Virus record (IMG/VR): IMGVR_UViG_3300034091_000431
Origin: an uncultured virus (IMG/VR IMGVR_UViG_3300034091_000431)
Lineage: Duplodnaviria; Heunggongvirae; Uroviricota; Caudoviricetes
Direction: 5' to 3' (one strand)
DNA: 58,768 nucleotides
This document shows, in pieces, positions 1 to 8,799 of the stretch. Position numbers and translations under genes: made by a program. The stretch's first letter is position 1. The number at the start of each line of letters is the position of its first letter. Under the pieces are notes generated by a model, which was not told the origin of the DNA, did not search any database, and worked only from the letters and a program-made list of their open reading frames with translations.

Positions 1-581
1 TCGATGCTGGCGATTTCGATGGCGTGTTTTGCAGCCTCGTCGCCGTAGATGTCTTCGAGGTACCGCATGGGGTCCTCGAGTTCGACTTCGATCTGCTTTT
101 CGGCGAGCTCCTCGATTTCCGTGCTTGTGGGCTCCGGACGTTCCCCGTCTTCGTCTTCTTCCGGGGCATCGAACCCTTCTCGTTCGTAGTCCTTCCAGAA
201 GTTTTCCGGGTTTCGCTCAGCCTCGTAGGTCAGATCGTCGATGCGCGAGTTGAGTGAATCTCCTTTCAATTCATCGCGCAGCTTATCCGTGTTGATGTGG
301 CTCTCGATGAAGTCCTTGTTGAACAGTTCCGGTTCCTGTTCCAGGTCCTGCTTCACGACCGCCACTGCCAGGGCGTACGCCTGGTCGTAGTTCTGGGCGA
401 CGTGGTACTCCTCGACGCCCCACTCGACCTGGTACACGGTACCCTCGCCGAAGCTCGACATGCCGCGATCCTCCCCGATCACGCACTCCTCGATGTCGGC
501 CTCCATGTCGGCCGCGACATCGACCAGGACCGCCTCCTCGTCGCCGTAATCGATCTCGGTCTTCTTTTTCTGACGGGGCAT
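1..581 (-). CDS. Highly acidic protein (3' end beyond window), possible DNA-mimic/antirestriction protein
   Basis: Not in the ORF track; hand-translated MPRQKKKTEIDYGDEEAVLVDVAADMEADIEE..., open to the window edge; about 57 of 193 residues D/E; ATG overlaps upstream stop (TGATG). Confidence 0.75.
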   Translation of the reverse strand, partial: MPRQKKKTEIDYGDEEAVLVDVAADMEADIEECVIGEDRGMSSFGEGTVYQVEWGVEEYHVAQNYDQAYALAVAVVKQDLEQEPELFNKDFIESHINTDKLRDELKGDSLNSRIDDLTYEAERNPENFWKDYEREGFDAPEEDEDGERPEPTSTEIEELAEKQIEVELEDPMRYLEDIYGDEAAKHAIEIASI

Positions 582-862
582 CACTCTCCTCCTTCGACGG
601 GTTCGGTTGCGACGATCTGACCGCTCGCGAGGTCGACGAACCCCACGTGCCTGAACTTCCAGCCGATGCCGACTTCCGTGTCGGGCATCGCCTCGGGCGG
701 CGCCTTGAACGTGCAGTCCGGGCCGTACTTCAAGAACTGGACCGCTCCCAGCTGGGAGCTATCGAGCGCCACGCACTGGTACGCGGCCCACTTGCCGCCC
801 CGGCGAGCGATCGCCGTAAACGTCTGCCGGTTGATCTTGCCGTCACCGATAAGCCTGTCCAT
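581..862 (-). CDS. Hypothetical protein
   Basis: MDRLIGDGKINRQTF...; TGATG coupling at both ends. Confidence 0.7.
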   Translation of the reverse strand: MDRLIGDGKINRQTFTAIARRGGKWAAYQCVALDSSQLGAVQFLKYGPDCTFKAPPEAMPDTEVGIGWKFRHVGFVDLASGQIVATEPVEGGE

Positions 863-1254
863 CACGCCCTCCACTCTATCTCGCCCTGAAACGCTTGCGG
901 GAGCTCCGACGTCGGCACGCCGATCGTCTTCAAGATCTTCCGGAGCTCCTCGTACTCTTGGACGGCGACCTCCTCGAGATATTCTTTCTCCGAGTCGCTT
1001 TCAATCCCCCAGAGCCCACCGCTCGTCAGGGTCTGGACGACCCCCTCGATGACGACGTCGGCCTCGGCGTGGACGCCGACGAACGAGAACTCGCCGGCCT
1101 GAAACGCCGCCAGGCGCTCCTCGAAGTCCTCTTGCTCGAGGTACGAGACGTCCGGGTCGGGGTCGTGCTCGACGACCACGCGTACCTGTTCCAGCTTGGC
1201 CGGCGCCCGCCGAGCGGGAGCCTCGACGACGCCCGGGCGGCGCGTAGCACTCAT
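862..1254 (-). CDS. Acidic hypothetical protein
   Basis: MSATRRPGVVEA...DPDPDVSYLEQEDFEER...SGGLWGIESDSEKEYLEE; start chosen at ATG 1254 because the longer ORF overlaps hicB. Confidence 0.7.
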   Translation of the reverse strand: MSATRRPGVVEAPARRAPAKLEQVRVVVEHDPDPDVSYLEQEDFEERLAAFQAGEFSFVGVHAEADVVIEGVVQTLTSGGLWGIESDSEKEYLEEVAVQEYEELRKILKTIGVPTSELPQAFQGEIEWRA

Positions 1255-1300
1255 CTTGTACGCGGAGTGTCGCTCAGTTTTAGCGGGGGTGCAACCGTCC

Positions 1301-1329
1301 TTGACCGAGACCACAACCGGGACTACATT
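1301..1329 (+). promoter_or_regulatory. sigma70-type promoter of the hicBA operon
   Basis: TTGACC-17 bp-TACATT, 9 nt before the hicB ATG. Confidence 0.65.
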
Positions 1330-1338
1330 TTTCACATC

Positions 1339-1548
1339 ATGCAGCTTACGGTTGAATTCGATCGCGAAGTGGACGGGCGCCACATCGCCGAGGTGCTGGA
1401 GCTTCCAGGCTGCCTCGTCTATGGCCGAACGCGTTCAGAAGCGGAAACTCGTGTGCGCGCATTGGCGCTTCACATCCTTGCCGATCAGGTGGATCACGGC
1501 GAGCGGGACGCGCAAGACATCGAGGAGCTCTTCTTCGAGGCGGCATGA
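1339..1548 (+). CDS. hicB: HicB-family antitoxin (short form, no DNA-binding domain)
   Basis: EVDGRHIAEVLELPGCLVYGRTRSEA matches the HicB core; ATGA overlap with hicA. Confidence 0.85.
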   Translation: MQLTVEFDREVDGRHIAEVLELPGCLVYGRTRSEAETRVRALALHILADQVDHGERDAQDIEELFFEAA

Positions 1549-1760
1549 GTCGTCGTTGGCCGGCAACGAAAGCCACGCGTGTACTTGCGGCGCTCAAACG
1601 GATCGGTTGGCGAGAGACCAGAGTTGTTGGCTCGCACCGAACTCTTGAACGCGAAGGGTGGGAACCGTATTCGTTTTCGTTTCACGACAAGGAAGAGATT
1701 GGTCCTCGCATGCTTGCGAGGATCGCCAAGCTGACCGGGCTGGAGCCGGGGGATCTATGA
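1545..1760 (+). CDS. hicA: HicA-family mRNA interferase toxin
   Basis: VLAALKRIGW...GSHRTL...HDKEEIGPRMLARIAKLTGL; typical GSH motif, 71 aa. Confidence 0.9.
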   Translation: MSRRWPATKATRVLAALKRIGWRETRVVGSHRTLEREGWEPYSFSFHDKEEIGPRMLARIAKLTGLEPGDL

Positions 1761-1954
1761 AGCGGCAGTCGCGCACTATGTCGCTCCGCGATGTCAAAGC
1801 GAGATTGAGTGAAGCGATCGACTCTTCGCAGGGCAGCTACGTGCTCGTGACCCGTCACGGTAAGCCGGCGGCCGTAATTGTGGGAGTAGAAGGTGCCGAC
1901 GTACTGGATGTGCTTAGGCGTTTTGAAAAACATGCTCACCCGATTCCGCGCTGA
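1757..1954 (+). CDS. Phd/YefM-family antitoxin
   Basis: SLRDVKARLSEAID...VLVTRHGKPAAVIV. Confidence 0.8.
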   Translation: MKRQSRTMSLRDVKARLSEAIDSSQGSYVLVTRHGKPAAVIVGVEGADVLDVLRRFEKHAHPIPR

Positions 1955-2171
1955 CCCGCGCAAGGTGAGGGTCGCTATCCGGCGCGACGGGGCCGAGTGG
2001 GTGGCGACCGTGTCATTACGTCACGGTTTTGGTTCCTACTCTGCTCGGGCTACCGGACCGCGAAAGGCGCTCGTGAAGGCCCTGCGGAAGGCGGACAGGT
2101 ACGGTTTGGATGGGGTGGACCTGTCGATGGGCTGGGCGTACGAACATCCGCAACATGTGGGTGTCCAGTGA
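1932..2171 (+). CDS. Hypothetical protein
   Basis: MLTRFRADPRKVRVAIRRDGAEWVATV...; within the operon. Confidence 0.55.
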   Translation: MLTRFRADPRKVRVAIRRDGAEWVATVSLRHGFGSYSARATGPRKALVKALRKADRYGLDGVDLSMGWAYEHPQHVGVQ

Positions 2172-2395
2172 TTCGCAATGATGCGCAAGCAAAACAGCTT
2201 CGGCGCGAGCAGGCCGTCATCCAGGCCATGCACCATCGTCCGTGGTGGAGGATTGGAGTCCTCAATCGAAGACCCTGGCGGGCTTCGTGGCGCCCTCGTT
2301 CGCTTCGAGAGGTGTGGCTTTGGCTGACGACGGCGCACGACTGTCAGGACCCGGTAGTCGGGTGCTCGTGCTCCGGCGGGTTCGGATTCCCCTAG
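2168..2395 (+). CDS. Hypothetical Trp/Cys-rich protein
   Basis: GTGA overlap with previous gene; ends convergently at CTAG with the next gene. Confidence 0.5.
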   Translation: MIRNDAQAKQLRREQAVIQAMHHRPWWRIGVLNRRPWRASWRPRSLREVWLWLTTAHDCQDPVVGCSCSGGFGFP

Positions 2396-3801
2396 GCGAA
2401 CGCAATCGCCGCCGGCACGACCGGCACTCCCGCGAGCGCTAGCTGAAGTGTCTGCGTGAAGAAACCGCTGAGTAGCGTCGGCGCTGGAGACATCGTTGCG
2501 GGCGCGAGCGGCTGCCTGGGGGGCGGCACGGCGTTCCCCGGGTTGACGAACTGCGCGAGCGGCGCCGCGAGCTGCGCGGCGAGCGGCGGGTAGGCCGGCG
2601 ACGGGGTGACGAGCGTTGCGGCGGTCGCTAGGTTCTGAACCGTGTCGCCGCGTGTGCTCTTTGTGCCCTCGTCGGGCCGCACGGGGCGGTGCAGGAAGTC
2701 GAAGCCGCTGAATGGCGTCGAGAGGATGATCATCTTCGGTCCCACGTAGAGGACCTCGTAGGTCACCGGTTCGGAGCCGAACGGCGTGTCGATCTCCTCC
2801 TGCGCGGCGAACTGAATGACGTCGCCCGGCGACAGAGCTGTCTGGTCGACCGTCGTAGGCACGTTCGGCGAGTTCGTCGTGACAAGGAAGTCCCCCTCGA
2901 GCTGCGGCGCGCTCGTCGTCGGTTGCGCGATCGCGAAGTACGAGTTGGGGAGGTAGACGAGCGGCGTATCGAGCTTGAGCTGCGCCTCGTCCTGGTCGTC
3001 ATCTTCGAGGATCGCTTCCGACAGCGAGCTCAAAGTGATCTGCCCGACGCTGTTACCAAAGCCTCCGACGCTCGCGACGTGCATGTCGGTCACGATCGCG
3101 ATGTTGATGGTCCCTCCGGCGAGCGTCACGGGAACCGGGTAGCCTCCGTCGAGGTCGACGACGACGGTTCCGGGGGCGCCGAGCGTGTCCTCGTACGAGA
3201 TGGAAACGGTTCGAGCTCCGCTCCCCGTCAAGCTATCGAGCGGGCAAGTCGAGTAGACCGCTGCGAGCGTGACCGGTGCGGGCACGAGCTCGACGACTGC
3301 CGAAGGTCCCGTCGGTCCGGTGAATGCGGGCGCGACGGTGATCGTTCCAGCCCCGAGACCGATGACGGTGTAGCTGACGCCGATTTCGGTCGAGAACTGG
3401 ACGACGTCGCCGTCCGCGTAACGGTTCTGGGCCACCTGCACCACCGGCGAACCGTTCGTCAGGAAGGCGTCGTCGCCTTCGATGGGCGTCGGAGTGCTGA
3501 GGGTGTACGGGGGCGTCGGTGGGGCCGAAGTGTTCGGCTGGCAGGGGAAAGGTGCCGGAGCTCGCGGCGCACCGACGGCGGAGTCCATGTTCAAGGTCAA
3601 AACGCGCATCGCGCCGGTTGCCGTCGCGCTTGTTACGTCGCTGGCGACGGTCAAGCCGAAAAACGCCCCGAGTACGGGATCGTTCGTCGCGTTCGCGTAG
3701 AGCGGCGCGTTGGCCTGGGACATCGCGGAAGCGGCTTGCGCGGGCGTTCGAGAGGTGCCCGCGACGCTCACGGTCCAGGAGAGGATGATCTGGTTCGCCA
3801 T
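2392..3801 (-). CDS. Beta-rich putative virion structural protein with an internal repeat
   Basis: 469 aa rich in T/P/A/V/G; two similar segments LTNGSPVV..GDVVQF..YTV..ITVAPAFTG and VTTNSPNV..GDVIQF..YEV..IILSTPFSG. Confidence 0.7.
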   Translation of the reverse strand: MANQIILSWTVSVAGTSRTPAQAASAMSQANAPLYANATNDPVLGAFFGLTVASDVTSATATGAMRVLTLNMDSAVGAPRAPAPFPCQPNTSAPPTPPYTLSTPTPIEGDDAFLTNGSPVVQVAQNRYADGDVVQFSTEIGVSYTVIGLGAGTITVAPAFTGPTGPSAVVELVPAPVTLAAVYSTCPLDSLTGSGARTVSISYEDTLGAPGTVVVDLDGGYPVPVTLAGGTINIAIVTDMHVASVGGFGNSVGQITLSSLSEAILEDDDQDEAQLKLDTPLVYLPNSYFAIAQPTTSAPQLEGDFLVTTNSPNVPTTVDQTALSPGDVIQFAAQEEIDTPFGSEPVTYEVLYVGPKMIILSTPFSGFDFLHRPVRPDEGTKSTRGDTVQNLATAATLVTPSPAYPPLAAQLAAPLAQFVNPGNAVPPPRQPLAPATMSPAPTLLSGFFTQTLQLALAGVPVVPAAIAFA

Positions 3802-3816
3802 GCAGCCAGGCTACCA

Positions 3817-3856
3817 GAAAGACGAACGCCCCGGCCCCACCATTGGAGCCGGGGCG
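3817..3856 (-). terminator. Possible intrinsic terminator hairpin
   Basis: CGCCCCGGCCCCA/TGGAGCCGGGGCG stem (one mismatch) followed on the minus strand by TTCGTCTTTC. Confidence 0.4.
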
Positions 3857-3978
3857 CTAGCCCGGAGGTGACCAACATGAACGACGCCGCTACCCGTAAC
3901 CGCAGCCCTGAGGAGCCGCTGAGAACCTGAGCCTACGATCTGGTCGTGCGCTTTGCAAGGGGGTAGGCTCTACCTCCG

Positions 3979-4755
3979 ATGTTCGAGATGACGCAGGCGC
4001 AGATCGCGCGAGCTGTCGACGTTCTTCGCAGCGGACCGGTGAAGGCAGACGTCTTCGCCACGAGGATGTGGCCAGACAAGAAGTTCGATAAGGGGAATGC
4101 TGGCCGAGCAGGTCACTCGATACTCAGGCGGCTAGGGGCTCTCGGGTACGTCGAAAGGGTCGGCGATTTGTGGATGACTAGGGCTTTTTCGCAGTCGCTC
4201 CCAGTCGTCTCTCGGGAGGAGACTCGAGTGGCTCTAGGAGCGGGACCGGGAGAGCCTCTCCGAGAGTCTCTCAGAGAGCATCCGTCAGTGCCTCTCTCAG
4301 AGCCTCTACGAGAGGGACAGCGAGAGGAACAGGAAGCGCGACAGAGACTGCAACAGTTAGTCGGTCTTGCGGACGAACCGGTGCCTACCGTGACGCACGA
4401 TAGGACGTTCGGGGACTTGCGGATCCGTGGGCGCTCCGTGGATGACTGCCTCGCAGAAGCGTGTGCTTTCGCGGTCTTGCGCGGTCGCAGCCTCAACGTT
4501 TATTTGCCGATCGGCGAGATGCTAGTCGCCCTGACGCCCATCGAGGGGGGTCGAGCGCTGCATGTCCGCTGGCGCCAGAGCGGCATTCCCCCAGAACCGC
4601 CGTTCCGCGGAGGAGTCCTCTGGATCAACGTCGAAGACGGCATCGCGAGCGCTCCAAATTGCTGGCAGCCCGAAGGGGCTGACCGCTACTGGACCGAGGA
4701 GCCCACCCTCCAGCGCATCGCGCGCCAGCGGGCGGAGGCGGGGCTGGGGCGGTGA
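3979..4755 (+). CDS. Hypothetical protein, possible N-terminal winged-helix domain
   Basis: 258-aa ORF; GHSILRRLGALGYVERVGDLW resembles a wHTH wing; EPLRE-type linker repeats. Confidence 0.65.
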   Translation: MFEMTQAQIARAVDVLRSGPVKADVFATRMWPDKKFDKGNAGRAGHSILRRLGALGYVERVGDLWMTRAFSQSLPVVSREETRVALGAGPGEPLRESLREHPSVPLSEPLREGQREEQEARQRLQQLVGLADEPVPTVTHDRTFGDLRIRGRSVDDCLAEACAFAVLRGRSLNVYLPIGEMLVALTPIEGGRALHVRWRQSGIPPEPPFRGGVLWINVEDGIASAPNCWQPEGADRYWTEEPTLQRIARQRAEAGLGR

Positions 4756-5024
4756 CGAAGGACGAGCAGCTAGCCGCCTTGTTGGCCGAGGGGTGGGCGT
4801 CGAACGACCTCGTGTGGATGGAGCCAGGCAGCCCCGTTTCCGTCGAGCTCGTCTACGTGAAGGGACAAGACGCCGCCGAGGAGCTGCGCAAGGCACTCGA
4901 CCAGTGGCTCGTCAGGGCTGAAGCCGTCGAGCGGCGAATCCGCGCCATCCCAGGATGCGAGAAATACAGCCTAAAACGGCTCGACATCCCGGAGTGCTGC
5001 GAGGTGGTGCGAGGAAGCCGATGA
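4752..5024 (+). CDS. Hypothetical protein
   Basis: GTGA overlap; 90 aa. Confidence 0.6.
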   Translation: MTKDEQLAALLAEGWASNDLVWMEPGSPVSVELVYVKGQDAAEELRKALDQWLVRAEAVERRIRAIPGCEKYSLKRLDIPECCEVVRGSR

Positions 5025-5245
5025 GGCGCCTGACCGACCAGGAGCGCGTCGCCCTACGCGAAGTTGGCCCGCCCGGCGAGGGTCCGGTCTCGCCCGAGAC
5101 CTTCAACGAGCTCATTCGCCTCGGCTGGGGGTGCTGGGCGCCGCGCGAGGGCCTGGTGAACCGTCTCCTCGGCCGGCGCTACTGGCACGTCCTGCCGGCG
5201 GGGCGGAAGGCGCTGGAACTAGACGATCTGGCGAGGCAGAGCTAG
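5021..5245 (+). CDS. Small winged-helix-like hypothetical protein
   Basis: MRRLTDQERVAL...FNELIRLGW...WHVLPAGRKAL; ATGA overlap. Confidence 0.6.
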   Translation: MRRLTDQERVALREVGPPGEGPVSPETFNELIRLGWGCWAPREGLVNRLLGRRYWHVLPAGRKALELDDLARQS

Positions 5246-5254
5246 TTTCAGCAG

Positions 5255-5587
5255 ATGGAAATCTCCCGTCGAGCCGTCGTTCAAGCTGTCGCCGTCGTCC
5301 CCGCGGTGGCGGCGATCCCTCAGACGCCGTTGTCGTCCGACGAGCTGCGTGTGCTCGCCATGACGGCCACACCCAGCGAAGCGTGGAGAGGGCGTCATGA
5401 GGAATACGAGGCTACCCACGTTTTCAAGCAGACTTCGGACACGATCGAGATCGCTAGGGGTCTCGAAGCACGGGGGCTAGTCGAGTTCAGGCCCACATAC
5501 GGCTGGGCTTCGCAAATTTGCGAAGATAGCGTTCACGCGACCCCCGCAGGGCTCGAGGAGCTCCGAAAGCTCGGCGTGGAGGTCTAA
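5255..5587 (+). CDS. Hypothetical protein with twin-arginine-like N-terminus and wHTH-like C-terminus
   Basis: MEISRRAVVQAVAVVPAVAA...; ARGLEARGLVE...ATPAGLEEL. Confidence 0.6.
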   Translation: MEISRRAVVQAVAVVPAVAAIPQTPLSSDELRVLAMTATPSEAWRGRHEEYEATHVFKQTSDTIEIARGLEARGLVEFRPTYGWASQICEDSVHATPAGLEELRKLGVEV

Positions 5588-5676
5588 TGGCCCACCACAA
5601 GCGTCGCCGCCTGAAGAATCGCCGAGCCGGCTGCCTGATGTGCAAGCCGATGAAGCGTCGGGATCCTGAGTCGTGA
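5587..5676 (+). CDS. 29-aa basic CxxC peptide
   Basis: Hand-translated MAHHKRRRLKNRRAGCLMCKPMKRRDPES; TAATG coupling to the upstream gene. Confidence 0.5.
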   Translation: MAHHKRRRLKNRRAGCLMCKPMKRRDPES

Positions 5677-5741
5677 ACCGGGTCGTGGATCCCTCCACGT
5701 TGCTGGCTAGAAGTGACCTTTTAGGTAGTAAACTTAGGTAG

Positions 5742-6407
5742 ATGACCAAGCGCGCTGCGGTCTACCTCCGCGTGAGCACCGACCGGCAGACCGTCGAGAA
5801 CCAGCGGCCGGAGGTCGACCGCGTCATCGCCGAGCGCGAGCTCGAGGTCGTTCGCGCGTACGAAGAGAGCGAGAGCGCTGTGAAGCGACGGCCCGAGTTC
5901 GACCGGATGCTGGCGGAAGCCAAAGCGGGAGCCTTCGACGTCCTTGTCGTGTGGGCGCTCGACCGGTTCGGGCGCGCCGCCGTCGACAACCTCCTCGCCG
6001 TCCGGGACCTCGACGCTGCCGGCGTCACCGTCGTTTCCGCGCGAGAACCGTGGCTCGACACCTCCGGCCCCTTCCGGGAGCCGATGATGTTCCTGGTGAG
6101 CTGGCTGGGGGAGCAGGAGCGCAAGCGCCTCATCGAGCGGACGCACGCCGGCATCGCGCGGGCCCGCGAGAAGGGGACCAAAAGCGGCAGGGCGATCGGA
6201 CGTCCGAAGCGCCTCGCGCGGGTCGACGTCGAGCGCATCCTGGAGTTGCACCAGGACGGCCGCAGCGGGCGCGAAATCGCCCAAGCCCTCAAGGTACCCA
6301 GGACGACGGTCCGGCGCGCCCTGGAGGCGCTGGCGGGCCAAAACGGGGGTCTTCCAGAACACGCTCCGTCGTCGAAGAAATTGACCTCCGAGCCCCCCTC
6401 GCCGTAG
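5742..6407 (+). CDS. Small serine recombinase (resolvase/invertase) with C-terminal HTH
   Basis: YLRVST catalytic motif, RPEFDRML, LDRFGR, ERKRLIERTHAG, GRPKR, GRSGREIAQALKVPRTTVRR. Confidence 0.95.
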   Translation: MTKRAAVYLRVSTDRQTVENQRPEVDRVIAERELEVVRAYEESESAVKRRPEFDRMLAEAKAGAFDVLVVWALDRFGRAAVDNLLAVRDLDAAGVTVVSAREPWLDTSGPFREPMMFLVSWLGEQERKRLIERTHAGIARAREKGTKSGRAIGRPKRLARVDVERILELHQDGRSGREIAQALKVPRTTVRRALEALAGQNGGLPEHAPSSKKLTSEPPSP

Positions 6408-6645
6408 GTGGACCGCAAGGGAGCGGTTGTGGCCATGGTAGAAAGCGCATTTGGACGTCAACGAGGACGGAGATCAGCTCGAATTTGATCGGATGTGGTA
6501 CATTGTACTACCTAAGCGCCGTTACCGTTCTCGATTCGAATGCACGACATGGTGGCGATTCGATGTACTCGGTGCTCCTGATCGTTTTTCATTGCCATTG
6601 CCGTTCGTTCCGAGGTCGCAGCAGTCGAACCTTCGGCTTACCTCG

Positions 6646-6900
6646 ATGAGGGTCTATTTCGTTCAGGAGAGCGGAACGGGTGCCATCAAGATAGGGGTAG
6701 CCAAAGACGTGAAGGCGCGCATGGCCTCGTTAGGCACCGGAACGCCGCACGTGTTGACCGTCTTAGGTGTCATCGATGGTGACGTGGTCTTAGAGGAGAC
6801 GCTGCACGAGCAGTTTCGCCACGCCCGCATCCGAGGTGAATGGTTTCGGCCCGTGCCCGAGCTTTTGGAGTACATCGCTACGAAAACGAGACTCGAGTGA
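6646..6900 (+). CDS. T5orf172/Mug113 GIY-YIG-like domain protein
   Basis: VYFVQ..G.IKIG..R...L.TG.P..L...E..LH..F...RIRGEWF. Confidence 0.85.
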   Translation: MRVYFVQESGTGAIKIGVAKDVKARMASLGTGTPHVLTVLGVIDGDVVLEETLHEQFRHARIRGEWFRPVPELLEYIATKTRLE

Positions 6901-7124
6901 TCGACCGCTCCCGCTGCATGGCCCCTTCCAACCCGAGCACCCTCGGCGGCCCTCGCTGCCAGGCGCCTGCGGCGTACAGCACGGTCCTCGGCCGTCGCTG
7001 CACTCGATGCGCGGAGGAGCTCCGGCGTGCGATGCGCGATCCGCACACGTTCATCAACGTCGCTCTTCAGCGTGCGCGCACCGAGGAAGAGATCGCGCGC
7101 TTGGTCACGCCTCTGCCGTCCTGA
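6897..7124 (+). CDS. Small Cys-containing hypothetical protein
   Basis: GTGA overlap; C..C..CTRC. Confidence 0.5.
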   Translation: MIDRSRCMAPSNPSTLGGPRCQAPAAYSTVLGRRCTRCAEELRRAMRDPHTFINVALQRARTEEEIARLVTPLPS

Positions 7125-7213
7125 TGAGATCGGTAGACCGGACGCCGGCGGTACGGTACGTTCAGCTTACAAGATGACGACGCTAGAGGTCTCCACCGCC
7201 CTCCCCCGTCCCC

Positions 7214-7981
7214 ATGCCCGGCGATAACGGAGGTTGGCCCGACATGGAGCAGCTCACCTCGGACGAAGGCAGGATCGTCCGAAAGGCGCTCGGATCGCTG
7301 GGAGGACAGCAGCTCGAGATCCTGGGCTCGATCGAGGGCATCCGTCAGAAGGTCGACGGCATCGAGAGTCAGGTCAGCGAAGCGGTGTCGGGGGTGACCG
7401 ACATCCGCGCCGAGCAGCGCAGCGAGTTCAAGGGCGTTCGTCAGCAGCTCAGCGCCAGCCATCGGGCGATCGAGAGTCTCGACGAACGCATCGGTGTCGT
7501 CGGCGAGACCGCGAACCAGACACGAGAGACCGTCGACAGCGTGCGTAAGCTTCTGAAGGATCTCCAGCTCTCCGACCGCTTTGTGTCCTCGCCACCGCCA
7601 TCGGGCGCGGAGATGCCGTCGATCCCCCCACCTCGCATGTCGCTCGGCGTCCAGACCCCCATGGGCGGTATCAAGCTCGACCCGAAAGACCAGGCCATGC
7701 TCGCACAACGGATGGCCAAGCTCGAGGAGGAGCGGCGAATCGCGGACGCTGTCGCGAAGGAGCGCGCCGACATCATCGCTACCCAGAAGAGGGAAGCCGA
7801 AGAGAAACGGCTGGCGGACGAAAAGCGTCAAGCGGACGAGAAAGAAACCAAGAGAGTAAACGACGAGCTCGCTCTCAAGAAGTCGCAGGAGCGGCGGGCA
7901 TGGCTAGCCGCCATCGTGGCGGCGTGCCTCGCTGCCGGCGGCGGGCTTCACTGGCTCGTCCAGACACTGACGCACCACTGA
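7214..7981 (+). CDS. Coiled-coil protein with C-terminal transmembrane helix
   Basis: Two heptad-rich regions separated by a Pro-rich linker; AWLAAIVAACLAAGGGLHWLV. Confidence 0.7.
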   Translation: MPGDNGGWPDMEQLTSDEGRIVRKALGSLGGQQLEILGSIEGIRQKVDGIESQVSEAVSGVTDIRAEQRSEFKGVRQQLSASHRAIESLDERIGVVGETANQTRETVDSVRKLLKDLQLSDRFVSSPPPSGAEMPSIPPPRMSLGVQTPMGGIKLDPKDQAMLAQRMAKLEEERRIADAVAKERADIIATQKREAEEKRLADEKRQADEKETKRVNDELALKKSQERRAWLAAIVAACLAAGGGLHWLVQTLTHH

Positions 7982-8003
7982 GTTTTGCGGTACGCTCCGG
8001 GGC

Positions 8004-8177
8004 ATGAAGACTGGATCGATGCCCTGCCGGGTCTGCCACCGCCTCAAGCCCACCGACATCACCCGCTGCTGCGCGGGTTGCACCGAGAGACTTCGCAACA
8101 TGGAGAAGCGCCGGCCCGCTCCTCAGGAGACAGGGCCGAAGAACTCGACCGTCTTTATCGAGCCGAACCTCGACTAG
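8004..8177 (+). CDS. 57-aa zinc-finger-like protein
   Basis: Hand-translated MKTGSMPCRVCHRLKPTDITRCCAGCTERLRN...; TACGCT box 7 nt upstream. Confidence 0.55.
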   Translation: MKTGSMPCRVCHRLKPTDITRCCAGCTERLRNMEKRRPAPQETGPKNSTVFIEPNLD

Positions 8178-8515
8178 CGCGCGAGCGGCGGCAAGGGTCC
8201 AGCGCACTTGTCGGCCGCGTAGTCGAGCGCGCCGAGCGCGATGAGACCGACGCTCGCGAGCCCTACGGCCCCCGCGACGAGTCCGACGTCGGCCAGCGTC
8301 TGAGGGGTGTTGCCCGTTGCAGGGACCTCGAGCGACGCCCACGCGAAGCCAAGGCTCGCTACCGCGCCCGTGGCGGCGCCGATGACGCCCGCGCCGTGGA
8401 TGGTCGCGTCGGCCGCGCAGTTACTGGGCGCGGACGCGATGTTCGGCGTCGGCATCGCCGCGGGTACAGGCAGGCACCCGACGGCGAGAAGGAGGGGGAA
8501 GAGCGAGAGCCTCAT
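8174..8515 (-). CDS. Membrane protein/lipoprotein
   Basis: LLLAVGC lipobox-like signal plus two hydrophobic helices. Confidence 0.6.
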   Translation of the reverse strand: MRLSLFPLLLAVGCLPVPAAMPTPNIASAPSNCAADATIHGAGVIGAATGAVASLGFAWASLEVPATGNTPQTLADVGLVAGAVGLASVGLIALGALDYAADKCAGPLPPLAR

Positions 8516-8799
8516 GACTCGTCACAATACTCGAAGACGTGCCCCGGGTCCCATCCGACGAGCCGCACCATCTCGTGGAACGTGCAGCCGGTGGCGACGC
8601 AGACGTAGCTCGGGGTGACGGTCCCGTCGGCCGCGATCGTGTGGACGTCGCCAGTCATGCGGAGCGTGTGACCGCTCCTGCACGTGGTGAGAGCGAGATC
8701 CTTATCCCACGGCGGCTTGCGACGGATGCGCTTCGCGTAGTCCCAGCTGAGTGGAGGGACCGGCTCGACGTGCTGGTCGGCGTGGGTGAAGTCGGTCAC
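8512..8799 (-). CDS. Small Cys/His protein, DUF6527-like
   Basis: C..GH...HTIAADGTVTPSYVC...C.FH.MVRL.GW; GTGA overlap. Confidence 0.55.
   Translation of the reverse strand: MTDFTHADQHVEPVPPLSWDYAKRIRRKPPWDKDLALTTCRSGHTLRMTGDVHTIAADGTVTPSYVCVATGCTFHEMVRLVGWDPGHVFEYCDES

Noticed and set aside
5742..6407. Serine recombinase as the provirus integrase or an IS607 element
   Set aside because: Small resolvase-type with C-terminal HTH; no large recombinase/zinc-ribbon domain, no N-terminal MerR HTH, no tnpB, no att sites seen
7165..7230. TACAAGATGA shared with the start of 862-1254, and a 17-codon ORF
   Set aside because: Only 10 bp with no further similarity; compatible with chance
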